DNA from: Tubiluchus corallicola
Lineage: Eukaryota > Animalia > Priapulida
DNA length: 64,000 nucleotides
Direction of reading: 5' to 3'
NCBI GenBank assembly: GCA_030141605.1
Contig: JAQGDQ010000085.1
Coordinates: 558,001 to 622,000, forward strand
This document shows positions 37,109 to 49,700 of this stretch, piece by piece. A program made the translations under genes and the position numbers. Below the pieces are notes generated by a model. The model made no database searches. It was not told the origin of the DNA and saw only the letters and a program-made list of their open reading frames with translations. Numbering within the stretch: the first letter of the stretch is position 1; every line of letters starts with the position of its first letter.

Positions 37109-37790
37109 TTATACAAAATTTTGAGTTTTTTTTCTATTGCTTCATATGATTCAGATTAATTATCAACCTATTAATTAATAATAATATAATTAGATTTGCA
37201 GAATTGGGAAATATTAGCAGGCAACCTTCTGCATTTTATCCTTGAAAGGAAGTTTCTGTGCTTTAGCCCTTAGTTTATAGTTATTATTAGTGCAGATCCT
37301 ACTTATAATACTTGTTTATGCAAAATTAGATCTAAATTTAGGTTAAAATTCTTTTGTGCAGACAAATAGATTTAGTAAGAAGATACAACCTTTGTTATAT
37401 AAAACATTTTTTACCTTAGTGTGGTCTTGAATGTAATGAACAATTGCAAGAAACTGAATTTTGGGTTTCTGATCTTTATTCAGTGTCAATACGTCCTACC
37501 CACGCTTGTCTACTACATGTAAACCATCCTCACACAAAAATGTTCTTTTGACATTGCTTTCATTGATTGTTGCTGAATAGCTAAGAAAATGTGGTGCCAG
37601 TGACTTTACAAGCACAAAACAGACAGGAAACTAAATTGCGTAAAAATTGTCGATAAATGATTTATGAAGTACCATTTGATATTTTTTACAGATTTTCTTA
37701 TTTGTGATTTTAGCTACTGGGAGTCACTTGATGTAAATGTTCTGTTAATTTGGAAACATCTAACGACTGAATCTGTTAATTGGTGCACTG

Positions 37791-40700
37791 ATGAGCAGAT
37801 CCAAAAATTCATGTTTGGTTTATGAATTATTAGATGCTCTAAGTGTACAGGAGGCCGAGGCTAGTGCTGCTGTATTGACTGAAGTAAGTAGTTTATGTCT
37901 CGTTTAAAGGAATTGAGACAGTGGTTGAACCATTAGCTTGATAATTAAAGACCTGCGATTTTATGCAAATCTTCTAGCTACTTGGTCTACTGTAATAACA
38001 TTCCATATTCAGTTGTAAATTGTAAAATCTAATTGTAAAATGGGTACAACAGCCATTGAGAATATTATCATCATTTTATTAAAAATTAGTACCACTTAGT
38101 TCAGCTCTTAATACAAATAATTGAATTTGTAATTGTAAAGAAATACTTTGGCGACTTGTTGTTAGTACTAAAAGATAGGCTTTTTCATAAATAGACATTA
38201 GGCAAGTTTTCTTCATGTTCTGAATTAGCAAAAAATGATTTAATCCAGGTTTGTGTATTGGGCTTTTGAACATCTTGTCAAGCAAAATTTGGTTCGTTAA
38301 CATAATGTTTAATGCCAGAAGGTTTGAAATCGATTAAGTACATTTAAACTTACTTATAAAGTAAGAAGGTATATCGTATTGCGCAGTTAAAATGCAAGGT
38401 AGTTGCAGAGATGGCTGATCCGATATGAGTATTTACAGCAAGTATTTAAACTCACATTTTGTTTTGCGTGTTTTAGTTTTTTGATGATTTGGTAAAGAAG
38501 CTGAGAAGCAATGAACTTGCTGAAGATTTTTTGGAGTGTATGATAAAGCTCAGCGTAAAACTGTTTGAACTGCCGTGTGCAAATCCACTGATTAATCAGA
38601 CACTTGTAACTCTCTCATCAACTGGCTCTTCTGCCAAACGCTCAAGAAGACCATCTTGCAAAAGACTTTTTGAGTTAATTGCCAATCATCTGGACAGAGT
38701 CAACGAATATCAGGCAGAACAAAATGATGATGACCGAAGTAGCATCACAGCAGGTGAGTTGTGAATGCAGTTTTAATTTGCAGATAACTGGTCAAACGCA
38801 TTACTTAGCAGAGAAAAGTAGCTTTTGATATTGCTTGCTGCACAAAGTAGTATATATATGATTTTCTTATGTACTGGCTGCTGGGTTAACTTTGGAATTC
38901 ATTTTCATAAAAAACTGTGATTCTGTTTTACTTTCCATTAACATTAGGATTATGGTTAATTAATTAATTAATCAATTACCAGCACATTATAGTAGGCTGT
39001 AAATTAATTACTAGACCATTGATTAGCACGGACTGTTGCTATTATCTGCAGGCAAGACAAGACAAGACAAGAGATGCTTTAATTGCTTGAAATGACAAAT
39101 TTATGCACATGAATAAAGCGAATACAGCCATGTGTCAGCAATTCATTTTAAGTGACAGATCCATTTGCCTGTCTTTCCTTAAATGAAAACCAGATGATTG
39201 ATAAGACTCAATCTCATTTTAATTTACTATCCAAAACATACATGTTTCTTACCTATAAAAGTTAGCAATTGTTTCTAATTGTTGACTAATTACCTTGGAA
39301 AATTAATCAACGGCAACTGAACACAGCTATCGCTTACGTCACAAACTAACCACAGTTTATGCAATGATAGGCATCTTCCCTGCACATCACAGGCGAACAT
39401 TGCAGTTCATGATCATGCTTATCACAACACCGCGCCTAATTTGTCGGCCACGCGAATATGACAAAGAGGCGCCATTGGCAGTATTAGTGGATTTGCTGAG
39501 CCGCGTATAGCTTTGAGTTTAACAAAATTTAACTATCCGAGGTAATTATTATTTAATCTAAGATTTGTTTTAAAAAAGTGGTTGTAGTTTTCAGTATTTT
39601 AGAGCATAATTTATTTTTAACTAATCTACTAGTCTACACAATCGTCTGGCTTTCTTTTAACATCTTCTAAGTGCTCATAATTGTCATTTCAAATGGATTT
39701 TTCTTGTTTAGGGCTTAGTATAGATGGTTTTGCAGCAGCTTTTACGGTATATCCTCGTTTACTAGAAAATGAATTCCTTCGACTTATATCAGCCGTGATT
39801 GAAAGTGGAGTCAATTGTTACGATGCTGCAGCAGAGTTGATGTCAAGGGGGAAACTGGTAGGTGGTTGTAGTTTACATATTATTGTAATGATTTCATGGT
39901 AATACAATAAGTTTTTTCTTTCTGTGCTGATTAACTTCGAGTACTGATCACATTGTAATGCCAAATAGTTTTGTCTTTTACTCTCTATGTAATGATCAAT
40001 ATCTTTGAGTACATGTACTTTAGGTTAATTCGTATAATTAAGAGTTGTCGGGGAATGATTGTACTCCACTGTACAGTTCTAAGAAACTGATAGAATAGAT
40101 AATTGAAAACTAAAAAGAATAGATAAAAATTGACAAAACCATGAGAAGTAGTATTTAATTTTAAATAAATAACGCTTATTTTAAGGGCCATTCTAATGTT
40201 ATTCGCAGCTTTGAGGGTCATAAAGGCGCAAGGATCCGATTCATGTTGTTTCTCTTCAATTTCATTGGTTTTTAATATATGACAATAGGTATTAAAAACT
40301 ATTTTAGAAATACGTTAATTAACAGTATTATGATTAAAATTTGAAAATTGTGTTTGTTTTTGCTTGCGATAACTTTTAAATATAGTGGGACTATCATTTT
40401 CTGATACCCCATTCACTTTTATTTGTTTTAGATAAAGATTTGTTCTTTGGATGCGCTTGTTTGTCAATCTGTTATGCACATGTGGTACACCTTGTGGGAA
40501 GAATCCTCCCACTCTGCAGTAGTGTCTCAATATATGAGCTGGTTCTACCTGTGTGTGCGTCAAACTGATGCTGCAGCCCGCCAGGTAAAATCTCAATGAA
40601 ACTAGCAGCTTTTTGTTGCTATGATACCTTGCTGTTGTGTTTTTAAAATATCATTGTGAAAATGATTATTGATATTCCCGTTTCATACAAGCTCCCCGGT

Positions 40701-43700
40701 TTACTCAGCGCAGCACTAATCATGTCATAACCCTTTGCTTTTATGAACGTCTGGACCTTGAAGTCTTTCATTACAATTGACATCCTGACCCAGGCACAGT
40801 AGCAGATGTAGCCTGAAATGTTGCGGGTCCTGAAGTTTTACTTACAATTTTTTTAAATATATTTATTGTGTAATTTTTAATGAAAGCACTTTTGGGAGTA
40901 AAAATGTTTAATAAGTACTGTAATATTTTTGAAGTGAAATAAACTTTCTATTGAATTTTATTAAAAGTATGCACAATCTTTTTATGAGAGGCAATTTACT
41001 TCACTGCAGTAAGAATGCAGCTAATTATTTTATCAATAGATAGTCTTTTTATTCCTAGTGCCCGAAAGATCCTAGATTTTGAGCCCCATAGGCACCGGCT
41101 TGGCTAGCCTAATAGATAATATGAAATTACTTGTGCATTGATCTTTTGAAAGACTGTATTTTAGTTTTACCCTTTTAATGTAATGCAACCAGACCAAAAT
41201 GCAAACTTGTTTAAAGTTTACAGAAAGAGTCAAAACAGACTCAATGTTACAATTCAAGAAACTCCTCCTTGTTTAGACTACCTGTAATCGAAACTGAACG
41301 ATATAAAAAAGTTTTTTCCCTACTGTTTAACTGTCGATAATTTTTCTTTTGTACTTAACTAATCACTGCATATTTGCACAAATTGCACCTTTAAAGTTGT
41401 TAATATGTGTTTTACTAATTTTAGATGATATTTATTAACTGTATTTTGAGTAATTTTATCAATCTTGTTTTAAGTTGTGTATTAATCCATCTTTTGCTGA
41501 ATTTTATTGAATTAACTATTAGACCCTATTAAACTGTTAGTTGTTGATTTATTTCAGGATAGAATACTGACATCGTACCCATTAGTTGTGCAGCCGCTAG
41601 TTCTTTTGTTACTAATAGATCCTGCAGGTGAGGTTTTTTACATAAAAGATTTCTGTGCTGGTAAAATTATCTTTAGCATGTGTAAAGTATTATTGTGATA
41701 AATGTTAGTAGACTGACATATCAAGGATTATAGTTGAAATTGAAGAAAGATTATGAGAGAAAACTAAAATCAGACAATTTAGCATAGTCTGTTGGTCTCT
41801 GGGCTTTATTTCATAGTGTACAAAGCACATATCATGAAAAAACAGATAAATATTGATAAAACCTTCTATGTGAATTGCTGTGATATTATTTTTATTAGCT
41901 GTAAGAATAAAATTTGTTAACGAAAAACTAAAAAAATTGAGTTTTACTATTATAGTATCACCAAGTGTAATGATAAAAATGTGAAAGTTGCTATTTGAAG
42001 AGTACTGCTGATTGTATAAATCTTGTGTTGCCTGGCCAACCTGGCCTACATGTACATAACTGCATGGTTCACTGAGTGCACATCTGCACTACCTCTACCT
42101 ACTGTCTAATAATGGTATGTGCCGAAGCCTGTGCTTATTCCTAAATGATTCATGTAGTACCAATTTTGGGCTTTTGCTAGAAAGAAAGTAGGTCGAAATT
42201 TTTGTGTGCATATGCTGTTTTTTCTGCTGTCATAATAAAATTTGTTTTATCATGTAAAATCCAAGGAATATTAGGTGTTTTATGTGCTATCTGTGTCACA
42301 AAACTTAGGCGTAACGTGCCTGTAAAGTACCCTAGCTACTGTAGGTGTTGTCACATGAATGCCTGTATGACTGGTTGTCAGTCCTTGCATAATATTAAAC
42401 AGACAAGCAAGTTTATCTTCATGTCTGTTACACAACTCTGCAAGCTGCAGGTATATTGATATTTTATGCATCATGGAACTTCCCTGCACTGAACCAAATG
42501 TACTCAATAAATTATCTTCATTGTTTCTCGTTGCTATATAAGAATGACTTCACGTACTTTTTTGCGTGTAGACTGTAACGTGAAATTTAAATTCAGTTTA
42601 TACACTATGCACAGATGCATATCACCCTTTTTGGTTTTATATCTAGCTGCAAATTTACTAACTTGTACCTTGTATTTGATTTTTCTGTTAATTGTATTCT
42701 GAGTCCTGATATTATATATTATAAATTGAAATTGTTAGATTGATTAACCTTTTCTTCTTGTTTTATATTGCAGTTTTCCAGGGAGTGTGAAAATTGTAAT
42801 GTCCAGTTTAGATTAGATAAGTTTATTTGTCTCATTTCATATGTATATATACTGTATTTAATTATATGCAATTCATTATAATTGCCTTGAGATTAGATGA
42901 ACCGATGGCATATTATAGTGTTGTCACCGTTGTTAATGGCTGGTTTTTTATTTTCACATTGTAGACCCCTGTTTTTATGCATTTCTGAATTTTTTTCCTT
43001 TTAACTTATGCTTAGTATTAAAGAACTGGAACATGCCTAGGGCTAAATCAGTAAGGGCTCCGTGGTATCTTTGCTGGTGGAAATTGTAGGTTTATTTAGA
43101 TTTCTTGGAGCTTGCATGGTTGTTTTTGGCAGTTAGCAATCTTTCAGAACCTGAAATACAAAAATATGATGTAAAAAATATCAGCGTGATACTATGTAAG
43201 AGTCTTGGTGAGAGCACATAGCTCTCTAGAATGAAAAAGAATTGAACTGTAAGGCACTGTGGGTCACAAATAAACCGTTCCACCAGGGTATTGAAAACAA
43301 TTTAAAGTTTCACTTAAAGTACGTTTTGCTAGAAGAACTACAGAAGGCATGGCATTGTTGCTATGTCGTAACTTATTCACTCTATCACATAGCTGGTTTT
43401 TCAACACTATAAGTCATATTCTATGTTGTTATTATATTAGCTGTTATATCGTAATTTATTCACTATCACATAGCTGATTTTTCTACACTACAAGTAGTAT
43501 TCTACTAGCCTGTTTAGTACTTACCATCATTAACGAGTAAACCTCAATACACCCCTTCTCATCACTGACTACAATATTACTGTCGCTTTGGTCCCGACTA
43601 TGCATAAAATGTTATTGAAGGCTTCGGCTAGTTTTTATTAATTACTTGCCGGTGCGTATTTTCGCAAATTCAGTGTTTATGGATTTTGTCGTGTAACTTG

Positions 43701-46700
43701 AGATGGGTTGTGTATAACTGTTAAAATTGTGATGGCACAGTAGTTGCAATTCGTTTGCACAATAGCTGGAAAATGCGGTTTGAAACTTTTACTAAATTTG
43801 AGTGTTAAAATTACATAGGTGACACATTGTCTACACTAACACTGAATTAATGTTAATGTTTTTTCCAGACTTGCCTATGAAAAACCATGAAGTTCATTTA
43901 GAAAATTTGATTGCTGAACTGAGTTTGATAGCTGACATTTGTCACGATCTCACACAGTTTGTGCTGTTACATTTTTTGGAGTGGTATTATGCTTGCATAA
44001 CTTTCTTACTGTATGGAAACGAAAAGGTGTGTAGTTGTTTTAATTCATAACTAGCCAAACCCCACAAAAAGAATTTTGTGCACAAATCAACACAAAACAC
44101 ACACCACACCACTCCACCTCATCACACCACACTGCACCACACCATACCACTCCACCACATCACACCGCACAGCACCACACCATAACACCACACTGCACCA
44201 CACCACCCACACCATACCACTCCACCACACCGCACCACGCCATACCACCTACACACCACACCACCCACACCATACCACTCCACCACATCACACCACACTG
44301 CACCACACCATACCACTGCACCACCCACACACCACACCACCCACACCATAATACTCCACCACATCACACCGCACAGCACCACACCATAACACCACACTGC
44401 ACCACACCATAACACCACACTGCACCACACCACCCACCCACCTACACACCACACCGCACCACACCATACCGCTGCAGCACACCGCACCACCCACACACCA
44501 CACCACACCACCCACACCATACGACTCCACCACATCACACCACACTGCACCACACCATACCACTGCACCGCACCACCCACACACCACAACACACCACCCA
44601 CACCATAATACTCCACCACATCACACCGCACAGCACCACACCATAACACCACACTGCACCACACCACCCACCCACCTACACACCACACCATACCACTCCA
44701 CCACATCACACCCCACCGCACCACAACATACCACTGCAGCACACCGCACGACCCACATACCACACCACACCAACCACGCCATACGACTCCACCACATCAC
44801 ACCACACTGCACCACACCATACCACTGCACCACACCACACCACCCACACACCACACCACCCACACCATAATACTCCACCACATCACACCGCACTGCACCA
44901 CACCATAACACCACACCGCACCACAACACCCACACACACACCACGCCACCCACTCCATACCACACTACCCACACCACACCCCACACACCCTATCACCCCA
45001 CCACACCATCCATTGCACAACACACAAAGCACACCACCACCACACCACATCAAATCCACCACCTCACGTGGTGATCATGATGTTGATGATGATGATGATG
45101 ATGGTGGCAACGGTGACAACACCTATAGCACAAGCACCAACAGCACAGCATTACAACAAAACCATTCCAAACATTTTTCACAAAGTTGAAACTATGTGCT
45201 ATAATATAATAAATAGCAAAGGCCCCGCAAAAGATTTTGCGTATAAATACACGTGTAATCAATAATACGCGAACATCCTACCTAGTCCACATTTATAACA
45301 CAAAGCCCGTAACATCGTGCCTACTGTTTGTTTAACTAACGCAAAGCCTGTAGCTTTTTGCTGAATTAAAGTTATAAGCAGAGTAGAGTACAATGGATGA
45401 CGTCACAACAATGCCTTTGCGTCAGCAGTTTCTTAAGCGAAAATTGTCGAAAATAGAACATCCAATTAACTCGTTGATACTCCTCTCGGTGGACCTGTCC
45501 TAAAATATAACTCACATCATCGTGTAGCCCTGTCCATCCTCTTTGTAAAGAGCTATATATCTCCTTCCGAGAGTCCCACCGGGCGCCGCTAGAACGTTTT
45601 TTCCGCAGGCTGTTTGGTCAAAATTTCGAAAAAATCGCGAGTTGGGTCCGGGAAAACGCCCGTTGCGGGACCCCGTGGCTCTCTCGCAAATTCTAAATAT
45701 GCCTACTACACCCACCGCTGAACGGGCTATCTATCCATACCCAGCACCACCCTCGGCCCGTTCCCGTTCTCTACATCTCAGCCGTATAACTTTTGCAAAA
45801 AACGGCCGAAAAAGGGCCATTTTTGGAGGTTTTTCGCCTCCCCCTCCTCCCGGTGGGCCCGATTCGAAAAATAAACCATCAATGGCACGACACTAGATTG
45901 AGACCTTTCGTTTGATATATAGATCGCCGCAAATGGTGCCCTCGTCCGGGCTGTAGCCTCGAATGTTATATATATATAAATATATATACCAAGAATATTA
46001 ATATAAGAGACTAGCCAAACCCCACAAAAAGAATTTTGTGCACAAATCAACACACAACCCACACCACACCACTCCACCTCATCACACCACACTGCACCAC
46101 ACCATACCACTCCACCTCATCGCACCACACAATACCACCACACTGCACCGCACCACACCATACCACCTACACACCACACCACCCACACCATACCACTCCA
46201 CCACATCACACCACACTGCACCACACCATACCATTGCACCACCCCACACCACCCACCCTCACCATAATACTCCACCACATCACACCGCACAGCACCACAC
46301 CATAACACCACACTGCACCACACCACCCACCCACACCATACCACTCCACCACATCACACCACACTGCACCATACCACTGCAGCACACCGCACCACCCACA
46401 CACCACACCACACCACCCAGACCCTGCGACTCCACTACATCACACCACACTGCACCACACCATACCACTGCACCACACCACACACACCACCCACACACCA
46501 CACCACACCACCCACACCATAATACTCCACCACATCACACCGCACTGCACCACAACACCCACCCACACACCACGCCACCCACTCCATACCACACTACCCA
46601 CACCACACCCCACACACCCTATCACCCCACCACACCATCCATAGCACAACACACAAAGCACACCACCACCACACCACATCAAATCCACCACCTCACGTGG

Positions 46701-49700
46701 TGATCATGATGTTGATGATGATGATGATGGTGGTGGCAATGATGACGACACCTATAGCACAAGCACCAACAGCACAGCATTACAACAAAACCATTCCAAA
46801 CAATTTTCACAAAGTTGAAACTATGTGCTATAATATAATAAATAGCAAAGGCCCCGCAAAAGATTTTGCGTAAAAAACCACGTGTAATCAATAATACGCG
46901 AACATCCTACCTAGTCCTCATTTATAACACAAAGCCCGTAACATCCTGCCTACTGTTTGTCTGTTTATCTAACGCAAAGCAGCTTTTACAGAATTAAAGC
47001 TATAAGATTATAGGCAGAGTACAATGGATGACGTCACAACAATGGCTTTGCGTCAGCAGTTTTCTAAGCGAAAATTGCGAACAATAGAACATCTAATTAA
47101 CTCGTCAATACTCCTCTCGGTGGACCTGTCCTAAAATATAAACTACATCATCGTGTAGCCCCGTTCTTCCTCTTTCTGATGAGCCCCATCACTCCTTCCT
47201 AGAGTCCCACCGGGCGCCGCTAGAACCTTTTTCCCGCAGGCTGTTTGGTCAAAATTTCGAAAAAATCGCGAGTTGGGTCCGGGAAAACGCCCGTTACGGG
47301 ACCCCGTGGCCCTCTCGGGAATTCTAAATATGCCTACTACACCCACCGCTGAACGGGCTATCTATCCATACCCAGCACCCCCCTCGGCCCGTTCCCGTTC
47401 TCTACATCTCAGCCGTATAACTTTTGCAAAAAACGGCCGAAAAATGGCCATTTTTGGAGGTTTTTTCGCCCACCGTTCCTCCCGGTGGGCCCCATTCGAA
47501 AAATAAACCATCAATGGCACGACACTAGATCGAGACCTTTCGTTTGATGTATAGATCGCCGCAAATGGTGCCCTCGTCCGGGCTGTAATCTCGAATCTTA
47601 TATATATATAAATAAATAAATATATATACCAAGAATATTAATATAAGAGTATAATTAAAGAACACATAGTGTCATAGTACACAACTAAGGGTGAGTAATA
47701 GCTGAGTGGTCACGGTGTGTAGTTGTGAACTAAGTTATGCAATGCTAGCTAGGCCTGTAATGATACATTGATGTAGCAATGCATTGTGATATCTTTTATT
47801 ACGATATGTATATTGCCATTGTGCACCCATATTGTGATAATCTGAGTCAGTGATATAATTTAACAAATAGCATGTGCTTGACTGCATGCTGATAAAAACA
47901 TGCTTGACTGCATGCTGTGAAGTAATTCAAGCTGCAGCTGCAGGGTGCCCAACAGGGTGCAGTCAGCAGTAATTGCCAACAGCCAAAGTAATTGAAAACT
48001 CAAGGTGTTAAATTCATAGTAAGCTAATTATGTCGTTTACATATAAACCTACCTGTGACGTGGCAAAAGTGAATCGGAAACATGGGAACTTTTATACCTA
48101 AAGCATTGATATGTTTGTTTTTCTGGTTGCCTACACATTATGCACGTAATAAATAAAATCAAACAGCTAATGGAGTTGTTTTAGTCTTTAGCAATCGTAA
48201 TACTGTTAATGGATGAAATGTGTTTACTATTTATTATAAACGGCTTCATCTAGATTTTTTTATAAAACCTGCAAATGTAAATCGTGTGTATCATATTTTG
48301 AGGTTAGTAATGTGATATGTATTGTATTGTGACCTAGGTGTATCGTTACTGCACTAATGCTAGTATAGTAGTAAGGCTTTGGTAGTATATATGGATGTGT
48401 GGCTATTGAGAAAACATTTTGTGCAGTTTAGTCTTGCCTTGTCTGATCTTTTAGAGGGATGGTGAATATTAAATGATAACAAGGCTGTGGTGCCTCCGTT
48501 TATTCAGCATCTTATACCAAACAATTATCCTTGATAATTAACCGAGTTCTAGTCCTGTAACGCCATTAGTAGGCACTGTATATCGAGGTGCATTGTGCCA
48601 AACTGTTAAAAATACTGTATTTAATGGACAGTATTGGTTGAGACGAGTAAATTTTAGTTTAAATTAAATTATTTTGTTTGTTTCTGTATCTGTTTAGTTA
48701 TTAAATAAATTATCATTTATTAAGCAGGGTAAATCAGAAATTTAACAATAACACATTCTATTCCAGAAGGTACGAGTTGCGTTAAATTTCGGTTGCAAGT
48801 ACCACACCACTTCATTCACAGAAGGACAAATGGTAAGGCCAAAAATAAAAATACTTCTGTTTTCATCTAATCGCCTGGGTAATATTTTTTCGCACACCCA
48901 ATCAGGAATATTATAATTTTTTTGTGTATTCATATACTTATCTGATGCAGTCATATAAAAGCGTATTTTTTCAAATTAAGAGGTAAAACACAATAATTAT
49001 AACATTGTTTTGGCGAGGATGCGACCGTGTTTTTCTATGGCTAGCTCTCGACCTGGGTTGCCGTTTCGTTGTGTTTTCCGGAATTGGCGGGTATTAATGG
49101 CCAAGTAGTATTGTCGCCCACACCGTAATTATCAGAACGTTCATACAGTATAAAAAACAGACTACAAGATAATCGATAATTATACAATAATCTAGTAATG
49201 CGGAACAACAAACTAGAAAATGAAGCATGAAAAATGTGCATTAAAAAAATTCAAATGTTACTGCTAACCAGTGAGAAATGAGCTTTGATTTCAACTGATT
49301 TTAAATATTCCACAATTCTGCTTTAAACATTCACAAATGTTTTGAAAAATAAAATTCTTCTCCTCCCTACTGACATCTTCTGAAATCGTGAGGTAAGACA
49401 AAAACAGTTTTTGTGGCCGGCCTAAGTACATTTTACTATTCAGGTGTTGATATTGCTGAGCATACATTTTGCATTAACATAGCCTCAATATTTATGTTTA
49501 AGTGATGGAGGAACCTGCATGCTTGCAATTTAAAAATTTATTATCCAGTTGTATTGCTTTTTACGTTATTTAAAACATTGCTGATTATTGATGGTAGATT
49601 CTTGGTATCAAAAATTTTCAGTCATATTTTCAGAAAGAGGAATAATTAGGAACGGCAATTATGATTTTCTACAATACTCGAATGAGTTTTAAGTAAGAAT

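Noticed and set aside
43350-43505. ~80-bp local tandem duplication
   Set aside because: Ordinary diverged intronic duplication with no further structure.
44076-46703. Long His/Thr/Pro-rich and Val/Trp/Cys/Gly-rich ORFs
   Set aside because: They are artefacts of the stop-poor CACCA satellite, open in several frames on both strands.
44051-47649. CRISPR-like or telomeric array
   Set aside because: There is no constant repeat with unique spacers and no TTAGG(G) unit; the context is a eukaryotic intron.
48427-48533. Possible extra FANCC exon with in-frame TGA (selenocysteine or read-through)
   Set aside because: The exon at 48767-48832 already bridges the phases and fits the homology; no SECIS-like structure was identified.
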